Origin: Azolla caroliniana
Taxonomy: Eukaryota > Plantae > Polypodiophyta
DNA length: 64,000 nucleotides
Direction: 5' to 3'
Assembly (NCBI GenBank): GCA_043228905.1
Contig: JBHGNT010000009.1
Location: 11,098,001 to 11,162,000 of the forward strand
The notes beneath the pieces are model-generated. The model made no database searches, was not told where the DNA came from, and worked only from the letters and a program-made list of their open reading frames with translations. A program made the translations under genes and the position numbers. How positions within the stretch are numbered: position 1 is the first letter of the stretch; every line of letters starts with the position of its first letter. Of the stretch, positions 52,593 through 64,000 are shown in pieces.

Positions 52593-55500
52593 TGTTGAGA
52601 GACAAGCTCAACATCGGCCGGATCGGCTGAAGAAGCCGAGGACCGGATCGGTTGGGACCGATCGGTTAGGCCGAGTGCGTAAACCGGTACGCAGACCGGT
52701 GCGTAGGTAGGGCCGGATCGGTGCGGAAACTGGGAGGCCGTTAAGAAAGATATTCCGTGAGGAATATATTTGGGAGTTAGTGTAGGAGCTCTCAATGAGC
52801 ATTGAAGTACTGTCAGTACTTCTGTTAGTCCTTCTAGGACTTGTATAAAAGTGTTCATTGAACACACATATGTATAGAGTGTGGTGAATAGAGATTGTTT
52901 TTTGTTGAATATAGTTCTTGTGTTCTCTCTCTCTCACTGACTCTATCTCTCCCGAGTATATTGCGTAAGCTCAAGCTCTCCATTAAACCTGAGTGTTCTT
53001 CCTTCTGTTCGGTCTTCATACTTGCTTCCGCACGCTACTTTCTATATGGTATCAGAGCGCGAGGGTTGAGAACCTCTCTGCAGCCGACACAGCTTGACGA
53101 AGAAGAACAAGAAGAACGATGGATAGAGGCATGGCGAGCTCGCTTCCAACAGAGAAGCTCGACAGAACCAACAATGCGTCTTGGTCCTACAAGATGCAGC
53201 AGTACCTACTCGGGCACGGCTACTGGAGTTATGTCGAAGGAGCTAATGACGCGGCACCTGAATCGACACACAGAGACTTCCCGTCGTGGGAGCAATCGGC
53301 GAGCAGGGTATTATACTGCTTCGCGTCGTGTGTGGGCGAACAGCTGTTGAGCTATGTTCGGGATGCAAAGACGCCGAAGGGTGCGTGGGAAAATCTGAAG
53401 AAGATTTTCGCCGGGAGCACCACAGTCAGGAAGCTTCAGCTCCGACAGGAGTTGAGCAACCTACGACAACGCGACTTGTCGGTGGTGGACTATACCTTGA
53501 AGATCAAGGATATCTACGACTCCCTCGCCTCCATAGAGGTGAACATCGAGGAGAGTGAGATGGTCCAAATCTGTCTCGGAGGTTTGGCGTCGAAGTTCGG
53601 AGCGTTCCAAACGGCTGTGTGTACCCGGGAGAATACGCCGTCCTTTTTCGCCGTCCTTTTTCGACTTACATACCGACAAGGGAAATCGGCAGCGATCGCA
53701 CTACGCCGAAGACTCCGAGAGAGCCGGAGAAGGGTCTGCCTTCGTGACGAGACACAAAGCAAACTCAATGAAACGAACCACCCCGAGATCGGACGAGGTG
53801 TGGTACGTAGACTCCGGCGCGTCAAACCACATGACGAGCCATAAGGAGTGGTTCTCGTACCTTGAAAAACCAATACAACCTGGAGTAGTCGCAACTGGAG
53901 ACGACACTCCGCATCCGATCGCGAATGTCGGAGAAGTTCCCCTTAGCCATGTCGGGCAAAAAGGGAAACTCATGAACGTGCTGCACGTTCCGACAATCAC
54001 GAAGAACTTGCTCTCGGTCGGACAGATCGTCGACCAAGGGATGGAGGTTCGGTTTACACACCTTGGGTGCTTCATTGAGGAAGAAGGCGGCGTGATTGCG
54101 CAAGGGCGCAGAGACGGGAGGATGTTCATCCTCGACTCCACTGCCGGCGGCACCGCAATGTTCGCAAAGGGACAAAAAGCCGAGTCGGACATCGACTTGT
54201 GGCACAAGCGGATAGGCCACGTCAACTACCAGCGGCTTCAAGATCTGCAATCGAAACAGGTAGTGTTCGGATTGCCCAAGTTTAGTGGCCGAAAGGCACA
54301 AATTTGTGAAGCCTGCCAGCTCAGGAAGCAACACCGACTTCCTTTCCCCAACGAGCGAAACCGGAGCCGGAACAAGCTCGAGCTTATACACTCCGATGTG
54401 TGGGGGCCGGCACAAAACGTTAGTCTTGGCGGGAGCCGATATTTCATCTCCTTCATCGATGACCACACGCGGCACACGTGGATCTACCTCATTGAGAGGA
54501 AGAGCGAAGTCTTCGACTGTTTCCGTGACCTCAAAGGGTTCGTGGAAACGGAAACGGGACGAAAGATCAAGTGCCTACGGTCAGATGGCGGAAAAGAGTA
54601 CTTTTCCGGTCAATTCAACGGTTATCTACAACAAATGGGAATTCGGCGCGAATTCAGTTGTAGATACACGCCGGAGCAGAACGGCGTGGTCGAGAGGAAG
54701 AATCGGTCAGTTGTGGAAGTGGCACGGGCAATGCTGGAGGAGAAGAGCTTGCCCAAGTTCTACTGGGCCGAGGCGGTAAGGACCGCGGTATACATCCAGA
54801 ACCGGATTGGAGACAAAGTGTCGGCACACGAGCTATATTTCGGAACGAAGCCGAACTTGCGACACTTGAGGGTGTTCGGTAGCATTGCGTATGTACATGT
54901 ACCAAAGGAGAAAAGGAGGAAGTTGGACGCAAAGGCCGAGAAATGCATCTTGGTCGGTTACTCGAACGAGCAGAAGGGTTATAAGTGCTATAACCCTCGC
55001 ACCAAACACGCGCGTGTTAGTCGCGACGTTGTGTTTGATGAGTCCACGTCCTGGTACCAGCCCCCGACTCCGAACCCCGACTCCAATCCGAGTTCTAACG
55101 ATGAGGTCAGCGAGGCCGAGCTGCCTCCGGATGAGCCCGAAATCAAGACCCGCGAAGAGAGTCCGATTTCGCTCCATTTAAGTGGACCGATTGGACGACT
55201 GAGTCGGTATGACCAATCCGATGAAGAGCCGGCGAGTAGTGGAGACTCGGTCATGCATTCCCCGCGCAGGAAGCCGAGGAGACGTCTTACGCGCAAAGAG
55301 AAAGGGAAGAAGAAGGTGTCGGATTCCAGCACGGATAGGAACGAGTCAGACCGACGCGAGTCCGACTACGAGGGAACCGGTGACGGGTCTTTAAAGGTGA
55401 AGACCGCGTCGACCGAGAAGGCCTCGACATCGGCTAATGTGAGATTATGCCGATCTACCCGCCAGAAGAATCCTGTTTTGCAGTTCGGATACAACGAGTA

Positions 55501-58075
55501 CATGGCGCATCATTATGCGTACATGACCCGTGTAGCGGAAGTGCGTGAGCCGGAGAGCTAAGCAGAAGTGGCTAAAGACGCGAATTGGCGTGCCGCGATG
55601 GAGGAAGAGATGCACGCATTGGCGGAGAACGAGACCTGGGACCTGGTTGACGCACCAACAGGGGTAAAACCGATCGGGTGTAGGTGGGTGTACAAGGTCA
55701 AGTACAACACCGATGGCTCCGTTAACCGGTACAAGGCTCGGCTAGTGGTAAAGGGCTACGCGCAGAAACACGGCATCAACTACGATGAGACGTTTGCGCC
55801 GGTCGCGAAAATGACAATCGTCCGTGTCTTGCTCACAATAGCTGTGGCGAAGGGGTGGTGGCACTTACATCAGATGGATGTAAAGAATGCGTTCCTGCAA
55901 GGTGACCTTGAGGAACAGGTGTACATGGTACAGCCCCCCAGATTTCACTCCGGAACGAACTCCTCGGCAGTATGCCGACTGAAGAAGTTCCTTTACAGAC
56001 TGAAGCAAGCCCCGCGTGCCTGGAACGCGAAGATCACGCAACAACTGCGTCGGATGGGCTTCGTCACAACAAAATCGGACTCTTCCCTGTTCATCCGGAA
56101 AGGTCGACTCGGACCGGTTAGTATTTTACTGTATGTTGATGACTTGGTCATCACCGGCGCCGACCTAGGTGAAATCGACCGCGTGAAGCTTCAGCTTGCA
56201 GCATCGTTCGACATGAAGGATCTGGGGGACCTTCACTACTTCCTCGGGATCGAAGTGATCCGTACCCCCGAAGGCATATTGATCAGCCAACGTCATTACG
56301 TGCTGGGTATGCTCTTCAAATTTGGGATGGCCGACTGTAAGTTCGTCTTGACTCCTCTAAACAGAACCGTCAAGCTTCGTCCCGATACGGGAAAGGTATG
56401 CGACTCGACGAGGTTCCGACAAATTGTTGGAAGCCTCATATACTTGACCATCACCCGACCCGACCTCAGTTATCCGGTCGGGGTGATCAGTCAGTTCATG
56501 GCGCGCCCTACCGAGGAGCACCTTCAGTGTGCGCAACGCGTACTGCGGTACGTAAGCAGCACTAAGGACCGCGGACTGCTATATCGGACCGGTGCAGTCA
56601 CGCAGTTAGTCGGCTACACCGATGCTATTGGGCTGGCAACGCCGCCGATCGCCGATCCACGTTTGGATACGCGTTCTCCCTCGGGAGTGCCGCGATCGCG
56701 TGGAGCAGTAAGAAGCAGCCGACAGTTGCACTGTCGAGCACCGAAGCTGAGTACCGAGGAGCGGTTGTCGCGACATGCAAAGCCATATGGTTGAAGCGGC
56801 TACTTACGGACCTGCAAGAGGAGGTGTCAGATCCGATGACGATCTACTGCAACAACCTCAACAGCATCCAGCTCACAAAAAACCCCGTTTTCCACGCACG
56901 GACCAAGCACATTGAGGTGCATTACCATTTCGTCCGTGAGCGTGTCCTTTCCGGTGAAGTCAAACTTCAGTACCTGCCGACGGATTGGCAGACTGCCGAC
57001 ATCTTCACTAAGCCTCTTGGTTTGGACAAGTTGCGGCAATTCTCCGGTGCGCTCGGGTTGCGTCACCTTGACGTGCCAAACTTGAGGGGGAGAACAGTCT
57101 CGAATGACCAAGCAAGGCAGCAGGAAAGGAGCGGAGACCGCGACACCGAGTTTGTTGACTCGGTTGTCGAGTTCGACTTCGGATCGGCTGAAGAAGCTGA
57201 GGGCAGACCCACGGAAAAGTTCGGAAGCGGACAGAAGGGGAGCAGCCGAAGGAAAGAGCCGAAGCCAACCACGCATGGGGAAGATGACGCCATCGAGGGC
57301 GAGAAGACCGAAGACGAGTTGGAGACACCAAACTCGGACGAGAGCGAAAACCGATCGGAGGTAGCCGAGTCGGTTCAGATGTTTGACTTAGATACGCTGA
57401 ATCAACCGAGGCCCAAGCGGAAGAAAAGGCAGCAAGAGAAGCGTCAACACCGCAACAGCAGAAGAGCTAATAAGGGCCACATGAGCAGACAAGCCGACCG
57501 GAAGGGTCGAAGCGCGCGGAGTCGAACAGGTCGAGGAGCGCGAGTGAAGCGTGAAGCCAGGAGGAACCAGAGATGTGAGCCCGAAGATCCCGAAGAGCCT
57601 CAAGTTGAGCTTGAGGGGGAGTGTTGAGAGACAAGCTCAACATCGGCCGGATCGGCTGAAGAAGCCGAGGACCGGATCGGTTGGGACCGATCGGTTAGGC
57701 CGAGTGCGTAAACCGGTACGCAGACCGGTGCGTAGGTAGGGCCGGATCGGTGCGGAAACCGGGAGGCCGTTAAGAAAGATATTCCGTGAGGAATATATTT
57801 GGGAGTTAGTGTAGGAGCTCTCAATGAGCATTGAAGTACTGTCAGTACTTCTGTCAGTCCTTCTAGGACTTGTATAAAAGTGTTCATTGAACACACATAT
57901 GTATAGAGTGTGGTGAATAGAGATTGTTTTTTGTTGAATATAGTTCTTGTGTTCTCTCTCTCTCACTGACTCTATCTCTCCCGAGTATACTGCGTAAGCT
58001 CAAGCTCTCCATTAAACCTGAGTGTTCTTCCTTCTATTCGGTCTTCATACTTGCTTCCGCACACTACTTTCTACA
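52593..58075 (+). mobile_element. Full-length Ty1/Copia LTR retrotransposon; LTRs 52593-53046 and 57622-58075, TSD GTACT
   Basis: 454-bp LTRs with about 6 transitions; iMet PBS at 53047-53058; PPT at 57610-57621. Confidence 0.95.
53119..57627 (+). pseudogene. Copia gag-pol with a deletion of about 340 bp in gag, one stop and a frameshift
   Basis: ORFs 53119-53844, 53555-55561, 55568-56794 and 56791-57627; YVDSGAS, YVDD and RNase H motifs. Confidence 0.9.
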
Positions 58076-58599
58076 GTACTTGTGGCAAAAATCTTCTTTA
58101 GATTTTCCCTGGCCTCCTTCGGTGTCTTTGCATTTCAAATATAGCCCACCATCTATTTGTGCACACAGGATGCAAGACAGTACAATACTCTACTTATTGC
58201 CTGCCCCTAGACCGGAAAATCCTTGTGTGTCGATTATGGCACTACTTTGTTTTCTCTGTGGATGTAATTCTAGTAGTCGTGCTTGAGCAGGTATTGGTGC
58301 ATCTTGTATTCCCAAGATGTGTAGGTACTTTTGTCCAACTTCTTTGTCCGAAGAGCACCACCCTCATAAAGGAGCATCTGACACTAACTAAACATAATAT
58401 TCCTAATATTATGTTTGGTCCTAACGGCTTTGTTGGCCTCTCTCGGCTGACTCGTCAGTCGACTTCTTCAGCTGATCTAGCCCATGTTGAGCTTGCCTCT
58501 CAACATACATGATACATGATACATAATGCATAATGCATAATGCATAATGCAATTTATACAATCCAAAATACACATTACACATTATACATATATGCGGCA

Positions 58600-60000
58600 T
58601 GAGAATTAGAAAGGGGATCGTTTGTAGGTGGAGAAATGATGCATATGCCCGAATGTAGATGCCTATTGGTTGGAACCCACTTATCAGAGTTGTGGATGGG
58701 CTAATGATAGGACAAAAAACAAGCTTCAAATGGGCCAACTTAATCAATGCCCAAGGGAATGTGTTGGCTTATTGGAAGAGATTTCTATCTAATGATGTGG
58801 GCACTCAAAAGGCTAGAATATGGAGGATAAACAGGGGTAAAAGCATGCTAATGAGAATTACATATGCCATTGCATGCAACAGGAAAACCTTGGAAGATGA
58901 AGTTATAAGTCCCTCTGAAATTGAATGGATAAGACTTATAGATGGTGGAAATTATCTAATTGGAATTAAGGGAATGAAAGCAAGATCTAATGAGGCATGC
59001 TACTACAAAATAGAGCATGGAAATGGCCATATGTGAGCAACCAACCTATCAAACTGAAAGGCCGATTAGGTTGCTTGCAAAAAATGGAAAGGATATGATG
59101 GTTGACCCCAAGCCAAGTGAGATCAAACCGACGATAGTGTGTTGGCCGATAACAGGGCATTCAAATAAGCTATCATGGGACCCAACGATGTATTTCTAGA
59201 GAACTCAAGGACGAATTGATGGTGCCAAGTTGGTTCAATTTTTCAGGTACAACACGAAAATCGAGAGGCAAATTATTCTAGAATAAGAACACAAAGATAT
59301 TGCAACACATAAATATTGGATACAAGAGGGCATTAGTGAAAGGAGATTAGATAAATTCTAGAAAACGATACAGCATGACAGTGGTGACCACAAGATAATG
59401 ATTGTGCTTATTGTCGGTGTGGGCTAAAGGCCCCAATGTAGACCCTAGATGTAGTGCATGTGGACAGCTAGAAAGCATTTCCCATTTTCTATGGGAATGT
59501 CATGAGGCAACGGCTATATGGGGAAGGGCATTACGATTGCTATGCCATGCCTCTAACTCATTTACCCTCAAATGGGGACATGCTTGTTGGAACTGTCTTG
59601 ATGATGATGTGGAGGAATGTGATAGCACATGCAAAACAATGTACAGAGGGCAGAATGAAATTATTCGATTGATCACTGATAATAGGGCACCTACAATTAG
59701 TGCCGAGAAGCAGAAATTTGGAAATCTATGGATGTTGCTTGCACCCATTATCATATGGAGCATATTTTTAGCAAACAAACAGCCTCTAGCAGAATATATT
59801 AAGCTAATATGGAACACATTAATAACTACATTGAGGGCCCAATATGAGTGGATTGATGGAACATATGATGCTTCAAAACTAATGAGGGTGAATTTCAGAA
59901 AATGATGGTGTACTACACCGATGACTGCAAAAACTGGAATGGATATACATTGGCAGTACGTAGTACCCATATGGTTGTTCCCCCCTCCCATTAGATGAAA
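58600..60000 (+). pseudogene. L1-clade LINE ORF2 3' relic (zf-RVT)
   Basis: CSACGQLESISHFLWEC...IW and IIIWSI motifs in ORF 59402-59905. Confidence 0.65.
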
Positions 60001-60190
60001 GAGGGGCATGAATGACATGAGACACATAGAGAACAAACATGCGGGCTATTGAGTGTAAGATAAATAAGTGATGTCACCCATATGGAAGTAGGTAATGACT
60101 ACCCGATAAAGGGACTAAAGTTGTGTACTGAATGACATTTTAACTAATGGAGTATATTCTTATTTGGTAAAAAAAAGAAAAAAAGAAGAA

Positions 60191-60517
60191 GAAAGAATTA
60201 TACACATTTAGTTCTCTAGCTATTTATAAAAATAACATAAATGGAAATGTTGACAAGTATGGCTATGGCGTCATATAAATATGTAAAGCTCAAAGAGAAA
60301 GCTCAACTCGAAAGGTTGAAACAAATAAACACCAATGCTAGCAATCAAGTTATGAAAGAATTATACACATTTAGTTCTCTAGTTATTTATAAAAATAACA
60401 TAAATGGAAATGTTGACAAGTATGGCTATGGAGTAATATAAATATGTAAACCTCAATGAGAAAGCTCAACTCGAAAGGTTGAAACAAATAAACACCAATG
60501 CTAACAATTAAGTTATG
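60191..60517. repeat. Tandem duplication with a period of about 163 bp
   Basis: 60191-60353 is repeated from 60354 with a few substitutions. Confidence 0.85.
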
Positions 60518-61269
60518 TAAGCATAGCAAGATGCAAATCTCAAGTCAAACACTGAGATAACATTTATACCACTTGTTAGTTGTGTTTTAAAATTCATTGA
60601 TAGAGACACTTTGCTTTTGGTGCATCAGTTCTTACTTTATCGTCAATCCTTGACATGTGGGGTTTCTCTTTCCTGTAAATAATTCGAAAACCATAATATA
60701 TTCCTTGACATTTTGTTATTGTTGCATTCGATCATGCTTTGCATGTAGAGTTTCTCATTCTTTTCATTAACGTACAAGATACCATATTGTGCTTTAAAAT
60801 TATGCATAAAATGGAAGTCTACTAAAGTTGAGATTTCGTAAAGTTAGATTTGATTTTTCGTGGATAATGGGATCTCACAAGTGTAGGAACCCCTGGAATT
60901 TATAAAAAAAAATGATATGATGTACGTAAAAGAGATTCGCTACATTTTTCAAAATTGTAATATCTCACAAGCTTGCATACACTTTTGAATCAATTGCTCT
61001 CGATTGAATGTCGAAAATATTTTCAATTAATGAGTATAGCATTAATGGGTTCCAAAATGTTTATTAAAATAAGGGATTAAGAAAATGTTCCAAAGCCCTC
61101 TCAAATTTATATATGTACACATCATAGTTATTTTGCATACTTCTATTTACAACAACATTGAACATATCAATGCATAAGTATATGCAATTTGCTAAAATTT
61201 CCATCCTTCTCTCTTTCTTTATTTCTTTCTTTCTTTTTTTTGGTAAAATTGCACAATTATATTAATTGG

Positions 61270-61870
61270 TCACTCATTGAAAGGGAATGTAACACCTAAT
61301 CTTCGACAATGTGACTTTTGCCACGAAGCGCAAGAGACTACCAAGCATGCCCTTTGGTCATGTTCCTTGGCTCAACAAGTATGGAATAAAGTTCTTTCGT
61401 TATTTTTAACAATCAATGTTGGTTGCTTATTTCCATGGGGGTCAGCAATGTGGGGGGGGAGTGTTACATCCCAGTTTGATGTTGTATGAGGCAAGCGATG
61501 TTCAAGAGGCGATGATGGTACATAATAGAAGCGTGATATTGGTCAGCCCCTTTCAACAACCTCGAAAGCAAGTGCGATTTGCCCAAATATGGAAAACAAT
61601 GACTACAATAACGTTATGGGCATTATGGAAATGTCGATGCAACCGATGTTATGATGCGACATATCAGTGTCTCTCAGATGTCTTGCGTGAGATATGGGAG
61701 AACTTGGTGGCAATAGTCCGCAGCTAGTATGACAACATGCAGGGTTCACCAGACATTGTGAACAAGAGAAAGAAGAAGCTCCTTCACTTATGGGAAAAGT
61801 TACCCCTATTCTTTGAGTCAACTCAATGGAACTATCAACTTCCTTGGACCCTTTCTTGATTAACAATGAA
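61270..61870 (+). pseudogene. L1-clade LINE 3' relic (zf-RVT)
   Basis: CDFCHEAQETTKHALWSC...VW and LWALWKCRC motifs. Confidence 0.65.
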
Positions 61871-62199
61871 GCATGGCAAAATGCAAAAAAATAAAATAAA
61901 AAATTACCTTTTACAAAGTTCTAGCTTTGGTCTTAGGATTATCGTATATCATTGTACATGAAAATTGTAAGCTTTTGGGGACATAAGCTTAAGTTGTAGC
62001 ATTCACATGTTTTTCTTAATACTAATGAGGAAAATCTTTGAACAAAAAAATAAAACCACTATTACAACTTGTAAGTCATCTTTACATATCTACATAGAGA
62101 GATACGTATTCATATCATTACAAACCATGAATATGTCTCTCAACATCCCATACCTTTCTTATCAGACCAAATGACGAATGTGATGCCCAACTAACTTAC

Positions 62200-63770
62200 A
62201 CTTGTCTCTCTTCGTGATTGAATATGCTTGACATCTCTAACAATGAAAATTCCCATAAAAGGAACCCTTTCAATCTCAGCATGTAACGATGTACTCCACT
62301 TTGTTCATAAAATATAAAAGCATTTCGCATATGTCAAATAAACCAAAGCCCATAATATCTCAAATAATCCAAAATAATCTGAAAAGAAGGTGAACGACCT
62401 CCTAATTCCACTTGTGCAAAAACCCATTTGAAAGGAGATTTTATCACTCTTGTCAAGGACATCCATATTGCATTAATAAATTTCTAAACCATCTTTGTAA
62501 TAGGACATGAAATAAATCGATGTCGACTGTGCTCTACGTCCACTGTACAAAAGAAACAGAAGCTACTAGCAATTTTTCTTTTGCATAAAGCATCTCCCAA
62601 TGGTAATCCACCAACCATAATCCTCCAAGTAAACACCTTGGCTCTAAATGACAAATGTGAACACCAACCCTTTTGGAGTACTATTTTACAACCAAATTGT
62701 TGGCCTATGAAAAGATCATACCTTAATTACCCTTTTTTCTAACCACATATGTTTCCCAATAATTGTATGATAAACCTCATTCGTTGAAATCATACTTAAG
62801 TTGTTCCCCCCACAAATGTCCAATCAAGATATAGAGAATCTTCATTCAAATGTGACACATGCCCTTGCAACATTAATAATCCTTGTAATGTATCCCAAAT
62901 GTGCCGATAATTGCGTGGAATTCCAAATGTTGTTGACCTAGCAGTATGAAAAGCCACCAACCTTCTTTGAGAAGTCAAAATTGCATCTTTTAGAGACACC
63001 AATCCTAATCGAGCCATTCGATTAAATTGATGTTGCAAATATTGTTTACTTTCCCAATCCAACAACCTTGATGTTGCCAAAATCTCTAGTTGTATAGAAT
63101 TTGCATGCTCTCTCTGTGATGGAGGATCCCACTTGACAAATTCTAACACATTCTGCCAGAAATGATAATAATTTATTAACAACCCAAGACATTGAACACT
63201 TCACTTGTCTTTTGGAATTGACTACATTCCACCAATGTGTTTATACTCTTACATTTCCAAACTTGATGCCAATTCTCTCAATAAAGAAAATCACCATTTC
63301 TATCCATGGTTGTGTGTTTGCATTCAATAATGTTGCTCCACCAAGCCGTTTTGGTGTACAAATATGATCCCATGCCAACAAAGAAATGTCATCTTTCCCT
63401 TTTTTCTTCCATAATAAGGAACCCATTGATAGGGTAACCTTTTGAACAACCTTCTTAGACCATGGCAACAATGGAAGCTAATAAGAAATCATGGGTATCA
63501 TAATGGATTGCACAACTTTAACCCTTATATGAAATGGCCATGACTAAGATCTCCAATAGATGAACTTATTTCAATCTTTCTCGACACCCAATCAACTAGT
63601 TTAACATGGGAAACTTCTACTCCAATAGGGTAACCCAAGTGTCGAAAAATTTCCCCATGATTAACAATCTTTCCTGACCATCCAAGCTCCAATATATTTT
63701 GCTCAGTACATGAAATAAGAATTGATTTATGCATATTAATCTTTAATCCTGCTGCATATATTTCCATCCT
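62200..63770 (-). pseudogene. L1-clade LINE ORF2 relic (RT C-terminus to zf-RVT)
   Basis: GLKINMHKS, FRHLGYPIG, AWDHICTPKRLGG and KAKVFTWRI..CFFC motifs. Confidence 0.7.
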
Positions 63771-64000
63771 TCTCTCTATTCCCACTGTTGAGCAATGTTC
63801 ACATGGTAAGCAATATCCATTACAAGGCAATCATTGTTGTAAAATTCTTAGTGTAGAACACATGTAGAATACATATGCTAAGTATTCTATTTATTTTTTT
63901 AAATACTTAGAATATGTGTAGAAGACTTTAAATACGTAGATCACTTGTAAATATATTTGAAATACTTCTTCAAATTTAAAGTTTTTTTTTCAAAAAATAA

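Larger units (their letters stand above)
51589..58505 (-). mobile_element. Old Copia relic (gag-PR at 51589-52592 and 58081-58350, LTR remnant to 58505); host of two younger Copia copies
   Basis: WYIDSGASNHM protease; gag rejoins across the TSD GTACT; LTR-type end GAGCTTGCCTCTCAACA. Confidence 0.75.

Noticed and set aside
60191-60517. CRISPR-like or satellite array
   Set aside because: Only two adjacent units with no spacers, in a eukaryotic context; a simple tandem duplication.

Overview
Eukaryotic (plant) genomic DNA, most likely from a non-seed land plant such as a fern, lycophyte or bryophyte; this is inferred from the TE lineages and is not proven. It holds one host gene: a 5-exon 40S ribosomal protein S5 (uS7) gene at 7538-10320, whose last intron is GC-AG. 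The rest is nested retrotransposons. (i) A young, fully intact Tcn1-like chromovirus (25686-31445, TSD GTGGG) and a decayed relative, both with a Tf1-type self-priming site and a -1 frameshift signal. (ii) A group of Ty3/Gypsy elements and solo LTRs whose termini are TGTCG(TGAAG)...GACA; the two members with an adjacent PBS are tRNA-Trp-primed, and all seven visible insertion sites are 4-bp targets with a central CG. One member carries a Gag-derived acidic Cys/His repeat ORF instead of normal gag-pol. (iii) Five copies of one Ty1/Copia lineage, two of them full length with TSDs, carrying a C-terminal extension between two identical PPTs. (iv) Tnt1/Tork-like Copia pieces, RTEX-like and L1-like LINE relics, and a TSD-bounded chimeric insert whose two LTR ends come from different families. 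tRNA-spaced A-box/B-box modules recur inside several unrelated LTRs. Lineage names come from motif recognition only; no database search was run.
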